64,000 nucleotides of DNA, from assembly GCA_003525075.1 (NCBI GenBank), contig DQFO01000014.1, positions 64,032-128,031 of the forward strand, in the 5' to 3' direction. The notes under the pieces are model-generated. The model was not told where the DNA came from. It made no database searches and saw only the letters and a program-made list of their open reading frames with translations. The translations under genes were made by a program, and so were the position numbers. Shown here piece after piece: positions 1-10,160 of this stretch. Numbering within the stretch: the first letter of the stretch is position 1; each line of letters begins with the position of its first letter. Origin of the DNA: Clostridiales bacterium. GTDB lineage: Bacteria > Bacillota > Clostridia > TANB77 > CAG-508.

Positions 1-205
1 TTTATTTTTTCTTTATATTTATTAATTATGAAATAACCAAAATATAATATTTCTATTCCATATAACATAGCAAGTCTTATTAATGTACTTTTTTCTAGTA
101 TTACTTTTTTTGAAAATAATAGTTCTATTATTATTGGTATAATTAAGTATATAACTCCTTTTAATATATTTTTTCCTACTTTTTTCAATTGTTTTTTCTC
201 CATTC

Positions 206-1891
206 TTAATAACTTATTTTATTATAATTTATCTTTGGCAAATCTGTATCTAATCTATAATTTTTATTATAATAAGGATCTCCTTTTGCAATTACTTTAG
301 ACCATCTTTTTACAAAAAGCTCATATTCTTTAGCAAATCTTTTTTGTTTTTCTGTATTTTCTGTGTCTTCTCCTCTTGATTTTGATTCATAATGATATGC
401 TTCAACAAATGGATTGTATACAATTAGATATTTTGCAGTTCTTATTTTCATGCAAAAATCGACATCATTAAATGCTACTGCCAATTTTTCATCAAAACCT
501 AACATATCTATATATAATTGTTTTCTTACCATAAAACATGCTGCTGTAACTGCACTTAAATCTTGAACTATATTTATATAATCATCTTTTTTGAAGTCTT
601 TTTCTTGTACTTCTCTACATCGATGTCCTGCAAGACCTCTAGTTCCTAATGTAACTCCTGCATGTTGAATACTTCTATCAGGGAAATATAATTTTGCCCC
701 ACATATTCCTACATCTGGTCTTTGTGCATACATAAGTAATTGTTCTATCCAGTCTTCTGTTATAAATTCTATATCATTATTTAACATTACTATGTATTCA
801 CCATTTGAACATTCAACACCATAATTTACAATTGCAGAATAGTTAAAGTAATTTATATCAAATTTGCAGACCTTTATTCTATTATCTTGTTTTGAAATCT
901 TTTCATAATATTCAAATGTTTCTTTATTTTTGCTATTATTTTCTACTATTATAACTTCATAATTTGAATATGTTGATTTTTCTAAAGATTTTAGCAATTT
1001 ACTTAAATCTTGTATATGATCCATATTTGGTACAACTAGTGATACTAATGGATTTCCTTTTATTTTATAATTAATTTTATATTGTCCTTCAAATCTTCCA
1101 TCTTTTATATTATCATATTCTAAGTTCATTCTTTTTAAATGTTTTGCTATTATTTGTTTTTCATCTTCAACATCTATTTTTCTGTTTTCAATTGTTTCAT
1201 GATATAGTATTTTTTGAATGTGTTCAATTTTTCTTGTTTTTTCACTAATTTGTAATAGTATGTCATAAATTATATTCTTATTTAAATTATTTAAAATATC
1301 TTGATGTATTTTTATAAAATCTGTTTTTACTGCAATAAATTGTCCAATATAATTTTGAGATAAAATTGTATCTCTTGCAAATCCTGGTTTAAAATGTGGT
1401 TCAGTTCTTTTTTCATCTATTAATTTGTCATTATCAGAATAAATTAATATACTATCTCTATATTCTATTGATTTTACTATTTCATATAATGCAAATTGGG
1501 CAAGTTCTATATTATTACCTAAAAAGATTAAATAATCACTTTTTGAGTTTAATATTCTTTCTTTCTCAAATTTATAAACATTATATTTTTTATATGTTTG
1601 ATTTTCTATACTTTTTATTAGTTTCTCATCATTTGGGCATATTATATCAAATTTCAAATTTTGACAAGATTCGTACTTTTTTTCATTTTCAAGTTCAGAA
1701 GTATTAGGCTCATTATTAGCAATCCATGTTGCATATTCGTCTAACACTACCTTTCCAAATCTTATTTTGTTAATTATTGTTGTTCCTAAACCTTTAAAAC
1801 CATTATTCTTTATATATCTAAGAACTGATTTCATATTTTGTAAATTAATTGCATTTAAAACTTTTTTTACTTTCCTTATTAGAGATTTCAT
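206..1891 (-). CDS. two-domain family 2 glycosyltransferase (polymerising GT of the glycopolymer locus)
   Basis: 561 aa. Two GT2-like nucleotide-sugar-binding regions are present: DIICPNDEKLIKSIENQTY near residue 80 and VSLVVPNMDHIQDL...YEVIIVENNS near residue 285. The DxD-containing core is typical of WbbL/rhamnosyltransferase-like GT2 enzymes. Codon usage matches the host. Confidence 0.7.
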   Translation of the reverse strand: MKSLIRKVKKVLNAINLQNMKSVLRYIKNNGFKGLGTTIINKIRFGKVVLDEYATWIANNEPNTSELENEKKYESCQNLKFDIICPNDEKLIKSIENQTYKKYNVYKFEKERILNSKSDYLIFLGNNIELAQFALYEIVKSIEYRDSILIYSDNDKLIDEKRTEPHFKPGFARDTILSQNYIGQFIAVKTDFIKIHQDILNNLNKNIIYDILLQISEKTRKIEHIQKILYHETIENRKIDVEDEKQIIAKHLKRMNLEYDNIKDGRFEGQYKINYKIKGNPLVSLVVPNMDHIQDLSKLLKSLEKSTYSNYEVIIVENNSKNKETFEYYEKISKQDNRIKVCKFDINYFNYSAIVNYGVECSNGEYIVMLNNDIEFITEDWIEQLLMYAQRPDVGICGAKLYFPDRSIQHAGVTLGTRGLAGHRCREVQEKDFKKDDYINIVQDLSAVTAACFMVRKQLYIDMLGFDEKLAVAFNDVDFCMKIRTAKYLIVYNPFVEAYHYESKSRGEDTENTEKQKRFAKEYELFVKRWSKVIAKGDPYYNKNYRLDTDLPKINYNKISY

Positions 1892-1907
1892 TCACAATCC
1901 TCTTTCT

Positions 1908-4025
1908 TTATTGTTTTTTTATCCCCATTTTTATTAAAATATTTTTCAACACTCTTTTACATCTTCTTAAAAATCTATATGTTTTTCCATGATTGTCTAC
2001 ATATATTGGTTGTGCTTTTTGTAACTCTTCTGAGCATTTCATTGCTTCTTCTGTAGCTAAAAAAGCTGATTTTTTATAAAGTGGTTTTATCTCTGGTATA
2101 TCTTTATAATCTGTTTCTAACATGTCTTTTACTGCTTTTAAATATTCTTCAAATCCTTTTTCAAGTGGATAATTTTTCATATATTGTACACCAAATTTTG
2201 ACATCTTCTCAGCCACTTGTGGATTATCTAATATATATGCAATAGCACTAGCAATAGCCTCTGGTATTGGTTGTGCAAGCAATACTCCTTCATCTGGCAA
2301 GTCATATATGTTATTTTCTTTATATAATTCTACTACTGGTAACCCTGCTGACATCATTTCAAATGGTATTCTTGATGGATTTGATGCACTCATACATATT
2401 CCAACTTTACATTTATTATATAATTCATTACATTCTTTTATTGGTATTATATTTAAGTTTTTACATTCAAATTCAAATGTTGCTGGCATACTTGAACCAT
2501 ATAAATATATTTGTACATCTGGTTTCATTGCTTTTAATATTTTTAAAGCTTTTAATCCTATATAATCACATCTTCTTGGCTTTTCTGGTTGATATACAAA
2601 ACATATTGCATTTTCCTTTTTTACTTTTGGTAATGGTTTATATACATTTAAATCTGCACCAAAACTAAAATATTCTGCTGGCGTATTAAATTCTGCCTGC
2701 ATTTTATGCGCTAACCATTTTCCTATTGTTACTGGTAAAAATCCATATCTATATGAATTTTCTGTAATTAAATATTGATCTCCCATTGGGAAGAACCATG
2801 GTTCAAAATCTTGTATAAAATATGCTTTTTTCTTTGCTGGTAGTTTTCTTACAAATTCTACTGTTTGCCAACCTGTTGCAAACATCAAATCATATTCTTG
2901 TTTTAAATCAAATCCAACATATACTCCTGCATCACATTTTTCATACCAATCATTTATTTTTTGTCTTACTATTTCAGATGTTGAAACACCATCTTCTTCA
3001 AAATATAAATCACAATCATATCCTGCTCTTATTAAAGCATTTACATTTTGAATTATTGTTCTATGCCCACCAGATCCTTTTCCAGGATGTGGTATTACCC
3101 ATGCAATTTTCTTTTTTCCATTATCTTTTTTTGGTAATAATGGATACATAAAACTTCTTCTTAATTCTTGTTTGTCTTTGATTTCTTTTGTTAATTCATA
3201 TGTTTTAGATATCTCGTCTTGAATTCTACAAATCTCATTAAATTCGATTTCTGCTTTTACATCTGTACATACTGATGAACCATGTTTTCTATAATAGTTA
3301 AGTGGCTTATTACACCAACTAATCTTTCCATTTTTTAATATATTAAAATAAATATACCAGTCTCCTGCAACCTTAAATTCTCCTGCTTTTTCTAAAATTT
3401 CTGTGTAATCTTGTTTTTTCCACATTACACTAGAAACATTTAATATTGTGTTTGTTACACTTAAATGTTCTTTTATTTCTTTTTCTCCTGGCCATATATA
3501 TGATTTATTCCATTCTCCTGTTCTGCACATATCATATAAATCATCTGATTTTTCTCTTATTAAATTATTTTCTCCATCAATTCTAGCAGATTCACAATAT
3601 GATAATACAACTTCTGGATCATCAAATGGTTTTATTAAATTTTCAACAAAATCATTTTCAGCAGAATCATCTGCTTCTGCAATCCATATATAATCTCCTG
3701 TCGAAGCATTAAATCCCTTTTTCCATTGTTTAAATACACAACCACCACTATTTTTTTCATTAATGATAAATTGAACTTTTATTTCTGGATGTTCTTTTTT
3801 TATCTCATCTATTTTTTTATTTATTACTTTAACACTATTGTCTGGTGAACAATCATCTAATATAACAATTTCATATATTGGATATGTTTGCATTAATACA
3901 GAGTCTATTCTCTCTATTATATATTTTTCGTAATTATAATTTGGAATTATTACACTTACTTTTTTTGGATTTTCTATTTTTAATTTTTTCTTTTGATGTT
4001 TATAAATATCTATTTTTTTCTCCAT
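1908..4025 (-). CDS. bifunctional glycosyltransferase (N-terminal GT2 domain plus C-terminal WsaF/GT4-like domain)
   Basis: About 705 aa. The N-terminus VSVIIPNYNYEKYIIERIDSVLMQTYPIYEIVILDDCSPDNS is a classic GT2 signature. The C-terminal half (IAWVIPHPGKGSGGHRTIIQNV...) resembles WsaF-type rhamnosyltransferases. The start is probably the second Met (MEKKIDIY). Confidence 0.7.
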   Translation of the reverse strand: MEKKIDIYKHQKKKLKIENPKKVSVIIPNYNYEKYIIERIDSVLMQTYPIYEIVILDDCSPDNSVKVINKKIDEIKKEHPEIKVQFIINEKNSGGCVFKQWKKGFNASTGDYIWIAEADDSAENDFVENLIKPFDDPEVVLSYCESARIDGENNLIREKSDDLYDMCRTGEWNKSYIWPGEKEIKEHLSVTNTILNVSSVMWKKQDYTEILEKAGEFKVAGDWYIYFNILKNGKISWCNKPLNYYRKHGSSVCTDVKAEIEFNEICRIQDEISKTYELTKEIKDKQELRRSFMYPLLPKKDNGKKKIAWVIPHPGKGSGGHRTIIQNVNALIRAGYDCDLYFEEDGVSTSEIVRQKINDWYEKCDAGVYVGFDLKQEYDLMFATGWQTVEFVRKLPAKKKAYFIQDFEPWFFPMGDQYLITENSYRYGFLPVTIGKWLAHKMQAEFNTPAEYFSFGADLNVYKPLPKVKKENAICFVYQPEKPRRCDYIGLKALKILKAMKPDVQIYLYGSSMPATFEFECKNLNIIPIKECNELYNKCKVGICMSASNPSRIPFEMMSAGLPVVELYKENNIYDLPDEGVLLAQPIPEAIASAIAYILDNPQVAEKMSKFGVQYMKNYPLEKGFEEYLKAVKDMLETDYKDIPEIKPLYKKSAFLATEEAMKCSEELQKAQPIYVDNHGKTYRFLRRCKRVLKNILIKMGIKKQ

Positions 4026-5542
4026 AAAAACCTCCATTTTGGTATTTTTACATATTGCTCTCTTAATCTTTTATTTTCTTCTGTTAAATTAAAAATTTGT
4101 TCTTTCAAATTATCTGCTTCTGCTTTTTGTGCATTACTTCTAATATTCAAGTTTTCTATTTCTTGTTCTTGTGCCTTATTTCTTATATTTTGATTTATTA
4201 ATTCTTGTTTTGTCGCATCTATATCTATAATATTATTTTGCTTATATGATTTCCATGTTTCATCATCTCTTACCATTTCTTGCATTTTATCATCTAGTTT
4301 TTTAAATAGTTCTAAATATTTTGTTAAATTGTATTTTTCTAATAAATCTTCAATTTTTATAAATCTTCTTAATGATATTGTATATAAAATAGATCTATAT
4401 AAAATGTATTCAACTGGTAAATTAGGCTCGTCCCATTCTTGATCAAAGAAATAGAAATCATTATCTATATAAAAACAATTTTTAAATGTCATATCCCATA
4501 ATCCTTTAGGAGTAAAATGCAAATCATTTATTATAGTTTTATCTTGTATTTCTAGATTATATTTTCCAAATGCTGTTTTTTCATAATTTTCTTCATGATA
4601 TATATCAATACTAATTTTTTCTATAAATTTATCTAATATTTCATAAAATTCATCATTTCTCTGTTCTTCAAGTAGCTCTGTTAATCTATTATTTAATAAA
4701 TTTTTCTGTTCTATATATTTACTTCTTATTATTTGATTTTCTATATAATCAACAGTTTTTATACCATTTTCATTTAAATATCTTATATTACTTTTTATAT
4801 TTTCATAATGTTTATGTGCTTTTTCATTTACTTCTTGTTTTTCCACATATTCATCTGCAATTTTTGTAATTAATCTATATTTTTCTTTTCTTATATTATT
4901 AAAAGATATATATTTATATGTTTTATCACATTCACCTTTTGTTATTTCAATTAAAAATGAATTTGCAAAAAATGTAAACATATTTTTATCTGTTTTTAAT
5001 ATTTCTCTAAATACATCAATTTCATTAAATGTAATATCATTATTTTCTATATAATATGGATGATATTTATCTATACTATTATATTCTGGCAATTGTTCAT
5101 CTGTAAAAATTACATTAGGCTTTTTATAATCTGGTAATGGATAATAAAATCTCATATTATATCCTAATTTTCTTATTTCATTTTCTATACTTGATTTTGT
5201 ATATGTTTCTCTTTTATTTTGTTCATTATTATATCCTGTTAAACTAGCAAATTTCTTTTTATATATTTTATCTGGCGTTCCATTAAATGCTTCTAGCCCA
5301 AATTTATTATCAATTGTTATTAGTATTTTTCCTTTTTCTTCTAAAATTTTTTCTACCTTTTTTATAAGTTCTTTTAATTTGATATTTTGATTTTCAAAGA
5401 TTCCTACAAGTATAATTACATCAAATTTTTCATTACATAAATCAATTTCTTCTATATTTTTTATTTCTTTTATTTTTTGGTTTTCTTTAAAAGGATACCA
5501 ATTTAATATATTAGGACTTTGAACTTCACCCACTATTTCCAC
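4010..5542 (-). CDS. hypothetical protein with a methyltransferase-like N-terminal region lacking a GxGxG motif and a long C-terminal coiled coil; possible WbdD-like chain-length regulator or terminator
   Basis: 510 aa. FDVIILVGIFEN...LEEKGKILITI resembles the post-motif-I part of class I methyltransferases. The C-terminal 120 aa are heptad-rich (EIENLNIRSNAQKAEADNLKEQIFNLTEENKRLREQ). It sits between glycosyltransferases and wzt. It probably starts at a GTG with a strong SD (aaagagg). Confidence 0.4.
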   Translation of the reverse strand: MEIVGEVQSPNILNWYPFKENQKIKEIKNIEEIDLCNEKFDVIILVGIFENQNIKLKELIKKVEKILEEKGKILITIDNKFGLEAFNGTPDKIYKKKFASLTGYNNEQNKRETYTKSSIENEIRKLGYNMRFYYPLPDYKKPNVIFTDEQLPEYNSIDKYHPYYIENNDITFNEIDVFREILKTDKNMFTFFANSFLIEITKGECDKTYKYISFNNIRKEKYRLITKIADEYVEKQEVNEKAHKHYENIKSNIRYLNENGIKTVDYIENQIIRSKYIEQKNLLNNRLTELLEEQRNDEFYEILDKFIEKISIDIYHEENYEKTAFGKYNLEIQDKTIINDLHFTPKGLWDMTFKNCFYIDNDFYFFDQEWDEPNLPVEYILYRSILYTISLRRFIKIEDLLEKYNLTKYLELFKKLDDKMQEMVRDDETWKSYKQNNIIDIDATKQELINQNIRNKAQEQEIENLNIRSNAQKAEADNLKEQIFNLTEENKRLREQYVKIPKWRFLWRKK

Positions 5543-5546
5543 CTCT

Positions 5547-6437
5547 TTATATTGAAATTTTTATATTTCCATCTTTCTCTATAATATTTTTATTTACATT
5601 TAATTCTTCAATCCATTTTCTAGTTTCTTTAGTTTTCCAAGGTCCTGAATCTTCACCATTTCCTGAATCATTAATCCATAGCCAATCTGGTGTTGGCCAT
5701 AAACATATTTTAGGTTTTATGTATTCATATATTTCTTTACTAACTCCTTGTTGACCATGATGTGCCATTTGCAATATATTTACTTTTAATTTTTCCTTTT
5801 GATTATCTAATAATTTATTTCCACTTTCTACTCCAGTATCTCCTAAAAATAAAATTGAGTTTTTCTTTGTCTCCATTTTTATTACCATACTAGAATTGTT
5901 TATTGCATTTTTTGTTATTTCTGGATTTTTTATTCCTAAAATTTCACATTTTATATTATCAATTTGTATTTGTTCATTTAATGTTACTTCTTCAACTTTT
6001 GAAGATATTTTTTCAGATTTTATAGTGTCTAAAAATCTTATACACTCATCTGCTCTACCATCTCCATAATTATTATACCATTCTTCATCTTCTGTTGTTA
6101 CATATACTTTACCAATATCTATATTATAATTATTTACTATCTCAATAAATGCTGTTGCATGGTCTTGATGTGGATGTGTTATAAACCAATAATCTACTTT
6201 TCCTGTGTATTCGTTTATTTTCTGTAAAAGATTTTCTGTATCATCAGATGTCCCACCATCAATAACAATTATTTTATCATTATCTGTTTTTATGATATAT
6301 CCCATCATTTGACTATGTCCACTATTTTTTAATTGTTCTAGTGTAGTCGTCTTTAAATTTAATTTCCAAACTTCCAAAATTCCTACAAGTATTATTAATA
6401 TTATTACTGTTAAAAATATTTTCTTTTTATTTTTCAT
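5547..6437 (-). CDS. membrane-anchored MBL-fold metallo-hydrolase
   Basis: 296 aa. There is an N-terminal TM helix followed by the HPHQDHATAF (HxHxDH) and MAHHGQQG motifs of the metallo-beta-lactamase fold (ComEC C-terminal-like). Confidence 0.65.
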   Translation of the reverse strand: MKNKKKIFLTVIILIILVGILEVWKLNLKTTTLEQLKNSGHSQMMGYIIKTDNDKIIVIDGGTSDDTENLLQKINEYTGKVDYWFITHPHQDHATAFIEIVNNYNIDIGKVYVTTEDEEWYNNYGDGRADECIRFLDTIKSEKISSKVEEVTLNEQIQIDNIKCEILGIKNPEITKNAINNSSMVIKMETKKNSILFLGDTGVESGNKLLDNQKEKLKVNILQMAHHGQQGVSKEIYEYIKPKICLWPTPDWLWINDSGNGEDSGPWKTKETRKWIEELNVNKNIIEKDGNIKISI

Positions 6438-7749
6438 TATTTCCTCTTATTTTTTCAATTTTGATTTTTGAATCTAATCTCATCAATCCAACAGTATCTT
6501 TTGTAGATAAAACTTCAATCAATAATGCATCATATTTTCTGTTTAATACTTCTAATTCACCTTTACTATTAAAATGTGTACAACTAAATGATAATGTATA
6601 TTTTCCTGGTGCTACATTTATTACCTGTCTGAATTCTGCAACTACTACATCACCTTTTTTATAATTTCCTGTTGCAATTTTTTCTATTAATGTATTTGTT
6701 CCTGCCATCTCAAGACCTTTAAAATCTTTTACAGTCATTGTAAATATAGGATCTTTTACATCTTTATGAAAAACTATTTTAGATTTTAATACTACTTCTT
6801 TATCATTTTCTAATACTGATATATAATTTTCATTTTCATCAAACATTCCATAATCTACTACTTCTGCACTTCCATCTCCATATGTAATTAAATTTGGATT
6901 TTCATTAAAGTGTGATTTCCATGTTTCTCCATTTTTCTCTTTTAATGCTTGATAATTAGGATTTTTTTCTAATATTTGCTTATCTGTAAGTATTCCTTCT
7001 TTACTTGTTTTATCATCTAGTCCAACTATAATTTTCTTATATTTTTCTACTCCTTCTTTTACATCTCCATCAAATATTTTTCTGCCTGCATCAATTATAA
7101 TCGTTCTTGTACAGTTTCTTAAAATATCAGTTATACTATGTGTTACAAATAAAATTGTTTTTCCACTTTCTTTAAATTGTTCAAATTTTTTGAAACATTT
7201 TAATTGGAATGACATATCTCCAACAGATAATACTTCATCTACAATTAATATATCTGGATTAACATTTATTGCACATGCAAATGCTAGTCTTGCAAACATT
7301 CCTGATGAATATGTTTTTACTGGTTGATATAAGTGATCCCCTATATCTGCAAAGTCTATTATTTCCTGTTCTCTAGCTTTTATTTCTTCATTTGTTAATC
7401 CCATAACTTGTCCATGTTGATATATATTCTCATATCCAGTTAATTCTTGATTAAATGCTGTTCCTAACTCTAAAAGTGAACTTATTTTTCCTTTAGCTTC
7501 TATTGTTCCTTTTGTTGGTGTTACAACACCTGTTATCATTTTTAATAATGTTGATTTTCCTGCACCATTTTTTCCTAAGACACCAAGTACTTCACCTTTT
7601 TTTACTTCTAAATTAAAATCATGCATTGCTTCAAATACTCCATGTCTTTCAACTCCTGGAAATAATGTTTCTATTATCCTATCTTTTTTCCTTGCAAACA
7701 TTTTGTAATCTTTTGAAAGCCCTTCTATTTTTAAAACTGTTTCACTCAT
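6427..7749 (-). CDS. polysaccharide/teichoic-acid ABC exporter ATP-binding protein with C-terminal carbohydrate-binding domain (Wzt/TagH-like)
   Basis: 440 aa. Walker A LGKNGAGKSTLLKMITG, ABC signature YSSGMFARL and Walker B ILIVDE are all present. About 180 extra C-terminal residues resemble the Wzt beta-sandwich substrate-recognition domain. Confidence 0.8.
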   Translation of the reverse strand: MSETVLKIEGLSKDYKMFARKKDRIIETLFPGVERHGVFEAMHDFNLEVKKGEVLGVLGKNGAGKSTLLKMITGVVTPTKGTIEAKGKISSLLELGTAFNQELTGYENIYQHGQVMGLTNEEIKAREQEIIDFADIGDHLYQPVKTYSSGMFARLAFACAINVNPDILIVDEVLSVGDMSFQLKCFKKFEQFKESGKTILFVTHSITDILRNCTRTIIIDAGRKIFDGDVKEGVEKYKKIIVGLDDKTSKEGILTDKQILEKNPNYQALKEKNGETWKSHFNENPNLITYGDGSAEVVDYGMFDENENYISVLENDKEVVLKSKIVFHKDVKDPIFTMTVKDFKGLEMAGTNTLIEKIATGNYKKGDVVVAEFRQVINVAPGKYTLSFSCTHFNSKGELEVLNRKYDALLIEVLSTKDTVGLMRLDSKIKIEKIRGNNEK

Positions 7750-7769
7750 ATTGTATAACTCCTTTTCGC

Positions 7770-8756
7770 CTATCTTTTTAATTTTTTAAATCCTCTTCTA
7801 ATTTTAAACAATCCTCTTCCTATTGCAGGCATATTCATTATTATAAAGTTTTCTATATAATAAATTAATGTTTCTGTTTTATATAATTCATGAAATATTC
7901 CCCATCCTTTAAAATTAAAGTTTTTCTTTTTTTGAATATCTTGAAAATATTTATATGCTTTTTCATTTTGTTTTTGAAGTTTTTCTGGAAATATTTCTTT
8001 ATGTTTTACATATGTACCAAATACACCTAATTTTACATTTATGAATAATTCTCTTACTTGTTCTAATTCTTGAAAATTATGTGATATCTTATTTGTTCCA
8101 ACTTGATTATTTCCATGTTGCCTATATTTTATATACTTTTCTGGCATATATGCCAATTTTCCATTTAATGCAATAACAATTCCAATCCAATGGTCATGTA
8201 TTAAATATTTAGAATCTGTTGGAAATGGTAATATTTTTTCTATAAATTCTTTTGTAGATAATATTGTACAACCTGTAACTACATTATATAAATAATTTAC
8301 TTTATAACTTCCAATGTATTTATTTATTTTTCTATTCAATAACATGAAATCTCCAAAAGAAGGATATATTGTTTCTAATTTTTCATTTACTACTTCTAAG
8401 TCTCCAAAAACTAAATCTGCTCCTGTTTCTTTTTGTTTTTGAATAGTTTTTTCTATTTTTTCTGGAAGCCATACATCATCTTGATCTGATAACATATAAA
8501 ATTTGCTTTCTACTTGTCTTAGTAAAAATTCAAAATTTTTATTTGAACCTAAGTTCCTGTCGTGTAAAAATATTTTTATTCTATCATCTTTTTTCTCATA
8601 TTCTTGCAATATTTCTTGTGTTCTATCTTTTGAACAATCATCTGAAATTAAAATTCTTATATTTTTATATGTTTGTTTTATTATACTATCTAATTGTTCT
8701 CTTAAATATTTTTCTCCATTATATGTTGCTACAAGAACATCTACTTTTTCTTTCAT
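7770..8756 (-). CDS. family 2 glycosyltransferase (rhamnosyltransferase-like), paralog of 10158-11138
   Basis: 328 aa. VLVATYNGEKYLREQLDSIIKQTYKNIRILISDDCSKDRT and the DxD region SDQDDVW are present. The N-terminal 100 aa are about 50% identical to the ORF at 10158-11138. Confidence 0.75.
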   Translation of the reverse strand: MKEKVDVLVATYNGEKYLREQLDSIIKQTYKNIRILISDDCSKDRTQEILQEYEKKDDRIKIFLHDRNLGSNKNFEFLLRQVESKFYMLSDQDDVWLPEKIEKTIQKQKETGADLVFGDLEVVNEKLETIYPSFGDFMLLNRKINKYIGSYKVNYLYNVVTGCTILSTKEFIEKILPFPTDSKYLIHDHWIGIVIALNGKLAYMPEKYIKYRQHGNNQVGTNKISHNFQELEQVRELFINVKLGVFGTYVKHKEIFPEKLQKQNEKAYKYFQDIQKKKNFNFKGWGIFHELYKTETLIYYIENFIIMNMPAIGRGLFKIRRGFKKLKR

Positions 8757-8776
8757 TTTTGCTTCCCTTCTATTGT

Positions 8777-9571
8777 TTATAATACATCTGCAAAATCTTT
8801 TTTACTCTTTTTAAATATATAATTTCCCCATGCAAAAATTAATATTGTTATTACCCAAAATGCAATTGTAAACATTCCATGGTTTGCTGTTACTATATTT
8901 GTATTTCCCATAAAACAATCTCTAAATCCTGTTACTAAATATGTAAATGGTAAGAATTTCATAATCATTGAAATTTTATGATGTTCTGCAATCATTGATA
9001 AGTCCCAAACAACTGGTGTAAGCCACATACATATTTGCATTACAATTCCTAATAAATTTGAAAAGTCTGGAACTAATGTTGCAACAGCTGATGTAAATCT
9101 TGTTATTGCTATTAAGAATATATATACTGAAATTATCATATATATCATTTGAAATACATTTGGTACAAATTTGAATATTACACATACTGCTGTTGCTATA
9201 ACAATTAAAAATAATGATACAAATGCATTAGCTATTAATGATATTAATGGTATTATATCTACTGGAAATACTACTTTTTTTACTAAATAACTATATCCTC
9301 TTATTGAATTACTTGCTCCTATAATTCCATCATTTATTGTCATCCACATTGCCATTCCAGGCATAAACCATACTACATATGGTGCTCCTCCAGGTCCTGT
9401 TTGCTTAAATATATATTGAAATACTATTACATACATCATCATAAATACAAATGGTTGTAAAAATCCCCATATACTTCCTAAGCTTGTATTAGCAAATCTA
9501 TTTTTAAAGTCATTTTTTCCTAATTGCCATGCTAATCTTTTGTTTTTCAAAAATACTTTTAAAAATTCCAT
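8777..9571 (-). CDS. ABC-2 type polysaccharide exporter permease (Wzm/TagG-like)
   Basis: 264 aa with about 6 TM helices in an ABC-2 family layout. It is adjacent to the Wzt-like ATPase. Confidence 0.75.
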   Translation of the reverse strand: MEFLKVFLKNKRLAWQLGKNDFKNRFANTSLGSIWGFLQPFVFMMMYVIVFQYIFKQTGPGGAPYVVWFMPGMAMWMTINDGIIGASNSIRGYSYLVKKVVFPVDIIPLISLIANAFVSLFLIVIATAVCVIFKFVPNVFQMIYMIISVYIFLIAITRFTSAVATLVPDFSNLLGIVMQICMWLTPVVWDLSMIAEHHKISMIMKFLPFTYLVTGFRDCFMGNTNIVTANHGMFTIAFWVITILIFAWGNYIFKKSKKDFADVL

Positions 9572-9714
9572 TTCTTCCTTTTCCTTTCGCCATTCATCCC
9601 TCTGTTTTTTATCTTCTACATTCTATCTTTAAATTGCTTATTTGTCAATAAATGGGCTTCAAAAAAAAGAATTACATAGAAAATAATTCTCTATGTAATT
9701 CTTTTATTAATTCA

Positions 9715-10160
9715 TACTATTATCAACTGAAAAAGACCCATTTGATAATTCTATATATCCAGCTCCAGAACCAATTCCTTGTGATTCCATATTTATATTT
9801 TTTAATACTTCATTCATTGTAATTATTTTATCTGTTGTTTTGGCAGTTTCATATGCTGGATTCTTATATGATAACTTTTCCTTTATTTTTTAATGAATAT
9901 AGATAGTCTGTAGTCCATCTTCTGTTTCTTGCAAATAATTACTAGAATTATAGTCATCTAATAAAAAATTCAAATACTCTTTTGCTTTTCCTTCTTCATT
10001 TGCTTCTTTTGATCTTGCTACAATTCCATTCTTTCAAGTCAATGCATTTATTGTAGTTCCAGCAAAAACCAACATAATAACTATTGTTACTGCAAGAGTT
10101 ATTAGTGTCATCCCATCTTTTGTTATTATCCCATTTTCTCCTATTCTAATACCACTTTTA
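9715..10160 (-). pseudogene. decayed ORF remnant (multiple in-frame stops and frame changes), hydrophobic N-terminus
   Basis: Minus-strand translation gives ...TKDGMTLITLAVTIVIMLVFAGTTINALT*KNGIVARSKEANEEGKAKEYLNFLLDDYNSSNYLQETEDGLQTIYIH*KIKEKL... Coding-like periodicity is interrupted by stops. No intact ORF of 60 aa or more exists in 9600-10160. A hairpin lies at 9672-9704. Confidence 0.4.

Noticed and set aside
1-205. Possible partial minus-strand ORF at the window edge encoding a hydrophobic C-terminal peptide
   Set aside because: An in-frame stop follows the only ATG. I cannot define a start inside the window and there is no recognisable motif.
1396-4193. Numerous 60-130 aa plus-strand ORFs (for example 1396-1707, 2267-2668, 2822-3151) embedded in minus-strand glycosyltransferase genes
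   Set aside because: They lie antisense to well-supported long ORFs. They are Leu/Ile/Phe-rich, as expected from reading AT-rich coding DNA in the wrong frame, and have no SD or independent support. The same applies to similar antisense ORFs throughout the window (for example 8503-8814, 14494-14751, 15391-15843, 23403-23669, 34243-34500, 38015-38414, 41263-41967, 61037-61306).
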